From a virus (lineage: Duplodnaviria; Heunggongvirae; Uroviricota; Caudoviricetes): DNA of 9,545 nt. The DNA is taken from positions 1 to 9,545 of the IMG/VR virus record IMGVR_UViG_2778261641_000014; one strand, 5' to 3'. Both the position numbers and the translations under genes were made by a program. The notes under the pieces are model-generated. The model ran no database searches and was not told where the DNA came from. It worked only from the letters and a program-made list of their open reading frames with translations. This document shows, one piece after another, positions 1-6,230 of this stretch (the stretch's first letter is position 1; the number at the start of each line of letters is the position of its first letter).

Positions 1-44
1 AGTCTGCAAAGAAACATCAAAGAAATAAACGATAATCCCATCAA

Positions 45-70
45 CCCGGCCACCGAGCCGGGTTTTCTTT
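45..70 (+). terminator. Rho-independent terminator, probably ending an upstream immunity-region transcript
   Basis: Hairpin CCCGGC (45-50) / loop CACCGA / GCCGGG (57-62) followed by TTTTCTTT (63-70). Confidence 0.5.
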
Positions 71-239
71 GCCTCTCGCCCAAAAAAAACACATAACCAA
101 TTGTATTTATTGATGTAACTCGCTAAACCATACAGTTCTGATCCCTGCCGCATAACCTTCATCAGCCACATTTTCAAAAATAAATTTCCTTATATATCAG
201 AATCATACTTCGTAGAGTTAATAAATCACCAAAATTCGT

Positions 240-272
240 ACCAATAGTTCTTGATAATGTCGAACTATTGGT
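240..272. promoter_or_regulatory. Perfect 11-bp-arm inverted repeat; candidate operator (OL-like) or RNA hairpin
   Basis: ACCAATAGTTC (240-250) and its exact reverse complement GAACTATTGGT (262-272), separated by 11 bp. It lies about 80 bp upstream of boxB and overlaps a sigma70-like hexamer pair. Confidence 0.3.
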
Positions 273-279
273 TCATTAT
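251..279 (+). promoter_or_regulatory. Candidate pL-like sigma70 promoter (-35 TTGATA, 17-bp spacer, -10 CATTAT)
   Basis: TTGATA at 251-256 and CATTAT at 274-279 with a 17-bp spacer, embedded in the palindrome and upstream of boxB and the N-like gene. The hexamers are weak and the call rests on position alone. Confidence 0.25.
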
Positions 280-348
280 TATCGTCATCAGCAGGACGCA
301 TTACTCACCATGGCGGTGAATATACAACGATTCAAACATGAATCTACG

Positions 349-363
349 GCGCTGACAAAGCGC
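349..363 (+). promoter_or_regulatory. nutL boxB RNA hairpin (P22-type, GACAA pentaloop)
   Basis: GCGCTGACAAAGCGC is a 5-bp stem with a GACAA loop and matches the phage P22 boxB sequence as I recall it. It sits about 130 nt upstream of an N-like ORF that carries an arginine-rich N-terminus. No clear boxA (CGCTCTTA-like) was found upstream. Confidence 0.7.
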
Positions 364-491
364 AATAACCAAAGTGAACTTTGGGGTGAATGCAGAAGCT
401 AATCTTCTCGGCGGAGGCGCTTTGCAATGATTACGCGACCGGAGTTAGTCGCACGGCTGTATTCACCGCCAAAGTTCATCAGGAGGTCTAT

Positions 492-875
492 ATGACACGC
501 AGAACTCAGTTCAAAGGCAATTCACGTTCTCGTCGTCGTGAGCGTTTAAAGGCAAAGGCATTAGCTAACGGCGTACTGGCCCGCGAAGAAGCAATAAGTT
601 CAGAAGTATTACACCGCCCTACTCTAAGCAGAGCGCAGATTCAGGCTAAAGGTACTCACGAAACGCCTGAGCGCATAGAAGACGCTAAGCCAATTAAGTT
701 CATGGCACAGGACGTGATCTGGCAACAGAAAGAATACAGACGTAATCTGGAGAGAGCGGCCATTGTGTACGCGAATGAGTTTGGACATAAGCAACCAGAA
801 ACTGGTGTATGTCTTCCAAATGTAGCTCTTTACGCAGCAGGCTACCGGAAATCAAAACAACTGACGGCGAGGTAA
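492..875 (+). CDS. N-like transcription antitermination protein (P22 gp24 family)
   Basis: Strong RBS AGGAGG (481-486) 5 nt before ATG 492. Arginine-rich motif NSRSRRRERLKAKA near the N-terminus; C-terminus LPNVALYAAGYRKSKQLTAR closely resembles the P22 gp24 C-terminus as I recall it. The track ORF starting at 390 is a 5' over-extension that would include boxB. Confidence 0.75.
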   Translation: MTRRTQFKGNSRSRRRERLKAKALANGVLAREEAISSEVLHRPTLSRAQIQAKGTHETPERIEDAKPIKFMAQDVIWQQKEYRRNLERAAIVYANEFGHKQPETGVCLPNVALYAAGYRKSKQLTAR

Positions 876-1103
876 GTGGTGAATCAGACATACATTCCAT
901 CATGCTTGAGAAATCTGCCAAAGCAGAAAGCAAAGCCCCGCAAGCAAGCCATAAAGGACGCTAAGTCAGAGGTTATTGATCAAGCAATACAATTGCTCAG
1001 GAAGGAGTTAAGAAGTGGCAAGCTCGAAGGAATGATGATGCCCTATCAGCGCGGATATCTATCGGCGATTAGTAAGTTGGAAGTATTGAAGAGTGAATTA
1101 TGA
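876..1103 (+). CDS. Hypothetical small basic protein (75 aa), immediate-early position
   Basis: ORF beginning at GTG 876 directly after the N-like stop, with GAGGT 866-870 as a possible RBS. Lysine-rich N-terminus. No family recognised. Confidence 0.45.
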   Translation: MVNQTYIPSCLRNLPKQKAKPRKQAIKDAKSEVIDQAIQLLRKELRSGKLEGMMMPYQRGYLSAISKLEVLKSEL

Positions 1104-1167
1104 ACTATCTGGAATTTCCGGATGGTTCATTGTTTTGGCAGCAAACCAATTATTTGAGAGCTGATAC

Positions 1168-1410
1168 ATGAGAGTAAAAACTATGGGCGCAAGCCCATTA
1201 AGCGGTCGTATTTTTCAAGGAACATTAAACACTGAAAAAGGAATGTGGGTAGGAAAGAAAGAAGATGTCACCGATCAAGCAGTTAAGGCAGTAGCCGAAC
1301 ACCTGATGATAAAAGACCAGAAATATGCATACGAAACGAAGGATGGCAAATGGCTGATAATAAGTCATCAACTGGTTGATAAATTACCAGAAGAGTTTGT
1401 TGATGGTTAA
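1168..1410 (+). CDS. Hypothetical protein (80 aa; alternative start at ATG 1183)
   Basis: ORF with a GAGAG motif upstream, lying between the N-like gene and the first intrinsic terminator. No family recognised. Confidence 0.45.
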   Translation: MRVKTMGASPLSGRIFQGTLNTEKGMWVGKKEDVTDQAVKAVAEHLMIKDQKYAYETKDGKWLIISHQLVDKLPEEFVDG

Positions 1411-1448
1411 ATTTGCTTTGGAATAAGCAACAGAATAAACACTGCACT

Positions 1449-1476
1449 GTGTATTCATTCCAACGAGTGAATACAC
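1449..1476. repeat. Perfect 9-bp-arm inverted repeat with 10-nt spacer (function unknown)
   Basis: GTGTATTCA (1449-1457) and TGAATACAC (1468-1476) are exact reverse complements. Located in the intergenic region about 60 bp upstream of the tL1-like terminator. Confidence 0.6.
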
Positions 1477-1538
1477 GGAGCAATGTCGCTCGTAACTAAA
1501 CAGGAGCCGACTTGTTCTGATTGTTGGAAATCTTCTTT

Positions 1539-1565
1539 GCCCTCCAATGTGAGGGCGATTTTTTA
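1539..1565 (+). terminator. Rho-independent terminator (tL1-like, inside the pL operon)
   Basis: GCCCTC (1539-1544) / loop CAATGT / GAGGGC (1551-1556), then GATTTTTTA. In lambdoid phages a terminator at this position is bypassed by N antitermination. Confidence 0.65.
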
Positions 1566-1584
1566 TCTATGAGGATATGAATAG

Positions 1585-1953
1585 ATGTCAAACATCAAAA
1601 AATACATCATTGATTACGACTGGAAAGCATCAATAGAAATTGAAATCGACCATGACGTAATGACAGAGGGAAAACTTCACCAGATTAATAATTTCTGGTC
1701 AGACTCTGAATACCGACTCAATAAACATGGCTCTGTATTAAATGCTGTATTAATCATGCTGGCGCAACATGCTCTGCTTATAGCAATTTCGAAAGACTTA
1801 AATGCATATGGTGTTGTTTGTGAGTTCGACTGGGATGATGGAAATGGTCAGGAAGGATGGCCTCCAATGGATGGTAGTGAAGGAATAAGAATTGCCGATA
1901 TCGATACATCAGGAATATTTGATTCAGATGATATGACTATCAAAGCCGCCTGA
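1585..1953 (+). CDS. Hypothetical strongly acidic protein (122 aa), low-GC gene; candidate anti-restriction / anti-defence (DNA-mimic-like)
   Basis: RBS GAGGA 1571-1575 before ATG 1585. The translation has about 22 Asp/Glu against 9 Lys/Arg, with an Asp-rich C-terminal third. The gene is visibly AT-rich compared with its neighbours and occupies the ral / gene-17 slot between N and cIII. Confidence 0.6.
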   Translation: MSNIKKYIIDYDWKASIEIEIDHDVMTEGKLHQINNFWSDSEYRLNKHGSVLNAVLIMLAQHALLIAISKDLNAYGVVCEFDWDDGNGQEGWPPMDGSEGIRIADIDTSGIFDSDDMTIKAA

Positions 1954-2028
1954 GCGCGGCTTTACCGCATACCAATAATGCTTCACGAGAGGCATTTTCG
2001 TTATGCAATCAAATATAAGGAGTTACCC

Positions 2029-2163
2029 ATGATGCACTTTCAGCTCGCGGGTAGCGGCGTCATGTCCGCTTTCTACCCGCACGAATCTGAATTATCACGC
2101 CGAGTTAAACAATTAATCAGAGCAGCAAAGAAACAACTGGAGGCGTTATGCGCAATGAAATAG
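2029..2163 (+). CDS. cIII-like protein (FtsH inhibitor family), 44 aa
   Basis: RBS AAGGAG 2017-2022 before ATG 2029. The translation MMHFQLAGSGVMSAFYPHESELSRRVKQLIRAAKKQLEAL follows the lambda CIII pattern (M-x-Y/F-x-I/L-AG ... P-x-ES-x-L-x-R) as I recall it. The upstream ATG at 1978 lacks an RBS. Confidence 0.5.
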   Translation: MMHFQLAGSGVMSAFYPHESELSRRVKQLIRAAKKQLEALCAMK

Positions 2164-2300
2164 CCATCAATCACCAGATGCTTCGTGCAGCACAGAACAA
2201 AGCAGTAATAGCCAGATTTATTGGTGATTCAAAAATGTGGCTTGAAGCAAATAAAGCGATGAAATCAGCTATCAACCTTCCGTGGTATCGCAGGAAATGA
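2148..2300 (+). CDS. Small protein (50 aa), tentatively Kil-like cell-division inhibitor
   Basis: ORF not in the supplied track because it is under 60 aa. ATG 2148 is preceded by GGAGG 2139-2143 and overlaps the end of the cIII-like ORF. The translation MRNEIAINHQMLRAAQNKAVIARFIGDSKMWLEANKAMKSAINLPWYRRK contains a FIGD.KM..EA motif that I recall from lambda Kil; this is a memory-based, tentative match. Confidence 0.4.
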   Translation: MRNEIAINHQMLRAAQNKAVIARFIGDSKMWLEANKAMKSAINLPWYRRK

Positions 2301-2467
2301 GCTTTACAGATAACTGGTCAGACGAAGAATTCATTCGTCAGATGAAAGAATTAATCGGTAACGAAGGAGATATTCATGTCACTTGCAACCACAGTGAAGG
2401 AGAGCAAGTTACAGAGACGCATGTACACGCAGCAGGCGTTAATGTATCGCCAGAAGGGAGATCGTGA
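2297..2467 (+). CDS. Hypothetical small acidic protein (56 aa)
   Basis: ATG 2297 overlaps the stop of the preceding ORF (ATGA) and is in the same frame as track ORF 2282-2467. It sits just upstream of erf, where P22 carries arf, but I cannot confirm similarity. Confidence 0.35.
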   Translation: MSFTDNWSDEEFIRQMKELIGNEGDIHVTCNHSEGEQVTETHVHAAGVNVSPEGRS

Positions 2468-2556
2468 AGGTGTTCGCGTATTTTTAAATGCGGCAAAGAC
2501 TGAAGTATTAAATCAGCGTTATTTACTTGGGCCGTGTCCATTCTGAGAACAATCAT

Positions 2557-3162
2557 ATGAGCAAAGAATTTTACGCAAGACTGGCAGCTATTCAGGAGAA
2601 TCTGAACGCGCCAAAGAATCAGTACAACTCATTCGGCAAATATAAATACAGAAGCTGCGAAGACATTCTTGAAGGCGTTAAGCCGTTACTGAATGGCCTG
2701 TTTTTATCAATCAGCGATGAAGTTGTGTTGATTGGTGATCGGTATTACGTGAAAGCCACGGCAACTATTACCGATGGCGAAAACAGTCATACAGCAACCG
2801 CTCTTGCACGAGAGGAAGAAAGCAAGAAAGGAATGGATTCTGCACAAGTTACTGGAGCTACAAGCTCTTATGCACGCAAGTATTGCCTCAATGGTTTGTT
2901 CGGCATTGATGATGCGAAAGATGCAGATACAGACGAGCATAAACATCAGCAGAGCGCAGCAGCAAAGCAATCAAAACCATCACATACACCTGAACAGGTT
3001 CTAAAAGCATTCACTGACGCAGCATTGCAGAAAAACACCGTGGAAGAGCTTAAACAGGCGTTCGCCAAAGCGTGGAAGATGCTCGAAGGCACACCGGAGC
3101 AGCAAAAAGCGCAGGACGTTTACAACATCAGACGAGACGAATTAGAAGGAGCGGCTGCTTAA
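2557..3162 (+). CDS. erf: Erf-family single-strand annealing protein
   Basis: The translation from ATG 2557 (MSKEFYARLAAIQENLNAPKNQYNSFGKYKYRSCEDILEGVKPLL ... YARKYCLNGLFGIDDAKDADTDE) closely matches P22 Erf as I recall it. The track's TTG start at 2527 is probably an over-extension. Confidence 0.85.
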   Translation: MSKEFYARLAAIQENLNAPKNQYNSFGKYKYRSCEDILEGVKPLLNGLFLSISDEVVLIGDRYYVKATATITDGENSHTATALAREEESKKGMDSAQVTGATSSYARKYCLNGLFGIDDAKDADTDEHKHQQSAAAKQSKPSHTPEQVLKAFTDAALQKNTVEELKQAFAKAWKMLEGTPEQQKAQDVYNIRRDELEGAAA

Positions 3163-3545
3163 TGGCACATTCGATTACTGTAAGACTAAACAAGCCCGCA
3201 AGAGAGTTTCAGGCCGGGGAAAATATCGGATTCAACATCCGTGCTGGCGTTCAGTATTACGATCGCCAGACAAAAAAGAAAGAATGGACAAACTACAGCG
3301 CCGTTGTATTTGCCAAGCCGGGAGCGCAAGCGGATTACTACCGTAGTGTTCTTGTTGAAGGAGGCATTGTAGAAATTACCGGAGAAAACATCAGGGTTGA
3401 TGTTTATCAGGGGCAAAATGGTCAATCAATCACTCTTGAATTACTGAATGCAAAGATTGGATTTGCAACTTCAGGAAACAGCCAACAGCAGCAAAGTAGC
3501 AATCATCAAAATCATCCTGAATACGACGATTCAATTCCCTTCTAG
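3162..3545 (+). CDS. ssb: Phage single-stranded DNA-binding protein (SSB-like, OB fold, acidic C-terminal tip)
   Basis: ATG 3162 overlaps the erf stop (TAATG). The translation ends in the canonical SSB tail ...EYDDSIPF (compare E. coli SSB ...DDDIPF) after a Q/N/S-rich linker. The track start at 3072 is an in-frame over-extension. Confidence 0.8.
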   Translation: MAHSITVRLNKPAREFQAGENIGFNIRAGVQYYDRQTKKKEWTNYSAVVFAKPGAQADYYRSVLVEGGIVEITGENIRVDVYQGQNGQSITLELLNAKIGFATSGNSQQQQSSNHQNHPEYDDSIPF

Positions 3546-3568
3546 ATTAGCAAAATAAGGATTCCATT

Positions 3569-3865
3569 ATGCCAGCGCCTCTGTATGGTGCGGATGACCC
3601 GCGCCGCTGTTCCGGCAATTCCGTATCGGAGGTGCTGGATAAATTCAGAAAAAACTACGACCTGATAATGTCGCTACCGCAGGAAACGAAAGAGGAAAAG
3701 GAATTTCGCCACTGTATATGGCTTGCAGAGAAAGAAGAACGCGAGCGAATTTACCAGACATCAATCCGACCATTCCGCAAAGCCACATATACCCACTTCC
3801 CTGAATATATCGACCCGCGCCTGCGTAATTACCGCTCACGCTATGGCGCTATCAGTAATGACTGA
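3569..3865 (+). CDS. Hypothetical protein (98 aa)
   Basis: RBS AAGGA 3557-3561 before ATG 3569. It is the first ORF after ssb. No family recognised. Confidence 0.55.
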   Translation: MPAPLYGADDPRRCSGNSVSEVLDKFRKNYDLIMSLPQETKEEKEFRHCIWLAEKEERERIYQTSIRPFRKATYTHFPEYIDPRLRNYRSRYGAISND

Positions 3866-3875
3866 GGAATTTACC

Positions 3876-4040
3876 ATGAGAGGACTTGCATACAATCCCG
3901 GCATTCTTCCGGCAGAAATGATTATTCGCCAACGCGTAAAGCCAATGCCATCGAGAGAGGAATTGCTTAAGAGAAATAGTTTCGGTTCTGTTAATGACAA
4001 CAGATATCTGAATGCGATGTGGCGGAGTGGGAAAAAATGA
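3876..4040 (+). CDS. Hypothetical small protein (54 aa)
   Basis: RBS GAGGA 3864-3868 before ATG 3876, in frame with track ORF 3723-4040 (which overlaps the previous gene and is probably over-extended). Its stop overlaps the next start (ATGA). Confidence 0.4.
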   Translation: MRGLAYNPGILPAEMIIRQRVKPMPSREELLKRNSFGSVNDNRYLNAMWRSGKK

Positions 4041-4519
4041 AACAAATGTCACTAATTGAGATGGATGGATTTCTGAAAGGTAAATGCATCCCAAGTGATT
4101 TAAAGGTTAACGAAACAAATGCTGAATATCTGGTGCGTAAGTTCGGTGAACTTGAATCAAAACTAGAAACGGCGTTGCGTGAGTGTCGTTCTGCTGGAAT
4201 CACGATTGATAACCTTGAGGCTAAATGCGCGAAGATGGCTGCTGAAAATACCTCGCTTAAGCAATCTGAGAAGGAATTTAATGACTTTTGTCGTGAGGAG
4301 TTTAGCGAATGGGAAGATGATGTTACTGAAACCCCAGCCACCGATGCTTTCCTGGCTGAAGTACGGGCGCAGGGGGTAGAGATGTACGCAGATAATCTCG
4401 AAAACGGAGCAGATGACGCAGAACGAGGTGGTTTTGATTATGCCGTTAAGTTTCTACGCAGTGAAGCGTCTGGTGTACGTTTGTTCGCCGACCAGCTTCG
4501 CAAAGGAGGCAACCAGTGA
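4037..4519 (+). CDS. Hypothetical coiled-coil protein with acidic C-terminal half (160 aa)
   Basis: ATG 4037 overlaps the upstream stop. The central region ([12 protein letters not shown] ... [23 protein letters not shown]) looks heptad-like. Track ORF 4019-4519 is the same frame with an earlier start. Confidence 0.55.
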   Translation: MKQMSLIEMDGFLKGKCIPSDLKVNETNAEYLVRKFGELESKLETALRECRSAGITIDNLEAKCAKMAAENTSLKQSEKEFNDFCREEFSEWEDDVTETPATDAFLAEVRAQGVEMYADNLENGADDAERGGFDYAVKFLRSEASGVRLFADQLRKGGNQ

Positions 4520-4815
4520 CTGTATGTCTTATTGATAAACGTCGACGTGGGCAACAAATACCATCTGTTGAAATGCCGAATCACACATGGTTTTGCGTAC
4601 TTGATATCGATGGTATGGATACGTTGATCGACACTCGTCATTACTGCGATACCGCAACAGCTACTCCTGCAAAAGCAAAGAAAATGGCTGCTCTGATAGA
4701 AAACTGGACTCCACCTGATGGTTGGTGCAATGGGAATGATCGAGATTGGCACGAAAAAATGAAGGGCTATATCTGCGATTTCTTACGTAAATGCAACGGA
4801 TTCAGGGTGATGTGA
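4516..4815 (+). CDS. Hypothetical Cys/His/Trp-rich protein (99 aa)
   Basis: GTG 4516 is preceded by AGGAGG 4505-4510 at 5-nt spacing and overlaps the upstream stop (GTGA). No family recognised. Confidence 0.5.
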   Translation: MTVCLIDKRRRGQQIPSVEMPNHTWFCVLDIDGMDTLIDTRHYCDTATATPAKAKKMAALIENWTPPDGWCNGNDRDWHEKMKGYICDFLRKCNGFRVM

Positions 4816-4816
4816 C

Positions 4817-5290
4817 ATGAACAAGATTGACTATCAGGCACTGCGTGAAGCGGCAGAGAAAGCCGGTGAAGATAAGTGGCAGGCTAAAAAAATAAATGGT
4901 GATTTTTTCGTTATTCGTCACGGTAGTTATACAAGACAGCATGGCTACACATCGTATCAACCCATTGCGGAGATTGATTGTAAGCCAGTCCGGGATTTTG
5001 TTGCCAAGGCTAATCCGGCTACCGTGCTGGAATTACTGGATGAACGGGAAAGGAACCAGCAATACATCAAACTCCGCGATCAGGAGAACGAGGAAATTGC
5101 GCTAACGGTAGGGAAACTGCGTGTTGAGCTGGAAGCCGCAGAGAAGCGCATTGCTGAGCTGCAGTTGCGGGAGGTTGTGCTTCCGCAATGCTATAGCATG
5201 TTGCATCGCGTCGATTTTGACGAGCCTTACCACACTGAAATGGTTTACAGCAGCATCAGGTTCTTGAGGCACTGCACAACGCTGGAATAA
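4817..5290 (+). CDS. Ead/Ea22-like family protein (157 aa)
   Basis: N-terminal ...QALREAAEKA... and central coiled-coil ...AAEKRIAELQ... resemble motifs (QALRE, KRIAEL) that I recall from Ead/Ea22-like prophage proteins. It sits in the ea region between the recombination genes and xis. Confidence 0.6.
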   Translation: MNKIDYQALREAAEKAGEDKWQAKKINGDFFVIRHGSYTRQHGYTSYQPIAEIDCKPVRDFVAKANPATVLELLDERERNQQYIKLRDQENEEIALTVGKLRVELEAAEKRIAELQLREVVLPQCYSMLHRVDFDEPYHTEMVYSSIRFLRHCTTLE

Positions 5291-5321
5291 ACGTCACCGA
5301 AGCAGGTAAAGGAGAGGCATC

Positions 5322-5891
5322 ATGAGCACTATTCCCAAAGAACGTCTGGAACAATTAGCATCTGGAAACGCATGGTATTGCGTTCAAGATGACGAAGCGG
5401 CTGAGCTGGCGCGTATCGCGCTGGCATCGCTCGAAGCGGAGCCATATGGATATGTGCATAAAGCGGCATATGAGAAAACAGGCAGTTGCGGGTTGTCGAA
5501 TGACCGTGAAGCCTATCGATACAGTTCAACTCACGTGGCCGTTTACACCGCACCGCCAGCGCCGGTATCTGTGCCTGCTGCGATGGAAATGGATGATGAC
5601 TTTGACAGCGCGTTTGAACACGGAAAAGCTGTCGGATGGAACGCCTGTCGTGCCGCTATGCTTCAGAGTCAAGGTAATTGCATTAAGGATGGTTGGATAA
5701 GCTGTAGTGATCGAATGCCGGAAGACACCAAAATGTTACTGGCATTTAGTCAAGGTGAAATCGTGGCCGCATATTGGAACTGGGTTGTAAATCCAATTGA
5801 TTACAAAAAATATAGAGCTTTCACGTATTTATCAGGAAATATCTTGGATGACGTAACTCACTGGATGCCGCTACCAGAGCCTCCACTTTGA
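5322..5891 (+). CDS. DUF551-like prophage protein (189 aa)
   Basis: RBS AAGGAGAGG 5307-5315 before ATG 5322. The C-terminal region WISCSDRMPEDTK ... VTHWMPLPEPP matches the DUF551 signature as I recall it. Confidence 0.65.
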   Translation: MSTIPKERLEQLASGNAWYCVQDDEAAELARIALASLEAEPYGYVHKAAYEKTGSCGLSNDREAYRYSSTHVAVYTAPPAPVSVPAAMEMDDDFDSAFEHGKAVGWNACRAAMLQSQGNCIKDGWISCSDRMPEDTKMLLAFSQGEIVAAYWNWVVNPIDYKKYRAFTYLSGNILDDVTHWMPLPEPPL

Positions 5892-5987
5892 AAGCGAAGC
5901 TTATACATATCTTTTACATCAGCAATCTATTGTTAATCTCCAATCAATGTTACGTTGTCATCTCACTCATGCTTTGGAGGTAGTGAT

Positions 5988-6167
5988 ATGTCTTGTCCAA
6001 AATGCGGTTCTGGAAATATTGCAAAAGAAAAAACAATGCGTGGATGGTCTGGTGATTATGTGTGCTGCGATTGCGGATACAACGACTCTAAAGACGCATT
6101 TGGAGAGCGTGGTAAAAACGAGTTTGTCAAAATTAATAAAGATCGCGAAGGCAACGGAAAAAGCTAA
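5988..6167 (+). CDS. Zinc-ribbon miniprotein (60 aa; two CxxC pairs)
   Basis: RBS GGAGG 5976-5980 before ATG 5988. The translation is MSCPKCGSG ... CCDCGY, with a lysine-rich tail. Track ORF 5955-6167 is the same frame with an upstream start. Confidence 0.5.
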   Translation: MSCPKCGSGNIAKEKTMRGWSGDYVCCDCGYNDSKDAFGERGKNEFVKINKDREGNGKS

Positions 6168-6230
6168 TTTATTTATTCATATATGAAAACAATGTAACCA
6201 ATATTCGATTTGAAGAACTGAAAGAACACC

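Noticed and set aside
305-319. TCACC-N5-GGTGA palindrome resembling lambda operator half-sites
   Set aside because: The half-sites are lambda-like, but the 5-bp central spacing does not match the 17-bp lambda operator geometry and only one copy exists. Treated as chance or an unrelated site.
390-491. Upstream extension of the N-like ORF (track start at 390)
   Set aside because: No RBS at 390, and the extension would sit only about 25 nt after the boxB hairpin. ATG 492 has a near-perfect AGGAGG RBS and gives an N-terminus with the expected arginine-rich motif.
1978-2028. Longer start (ATG 1978) for the cIII-like ORF
   Set aside because: There is no RBS upstream of 1978, whereas AAGGAG precedes ATG 2029, and the cIII-like motif begins at the shorter start.
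2707-3004. ORFs 2707-2970 (-) and 2774-3004 (+) inside erf
   Set aside because: They are embedded in the confidently identified erf frame, and their Cys-rich or low-complexity translations have no start signals.
3991-4341. 116-aa serine-rich minus-strand ORF (plus 3836-4045 and 3852-4094 on the minus strand)
   Set aside because: It is antisense to a tightly coupled plus-strand gene set, has no RBS, and its composition is biased (S-rich), which suggests a non-coding frame.
5329-5700. ORFs 5329-5553 (-) and 5389-5700 (+) overlapping the DUF551-like gene
   Set aside because: These are alternative frames of a gene with a recognisable C-terminal signature and have no independent support.
5947-6186. 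Track ORF 5947-6186 (79 aa) overlapping the zinc-ribbon ORF in another frame
   Set aside because: It has no RBS and a hydrophobic low-information translation. The Zn-ribbon frame has a GGAGG RBS and paired CxxC motifs.
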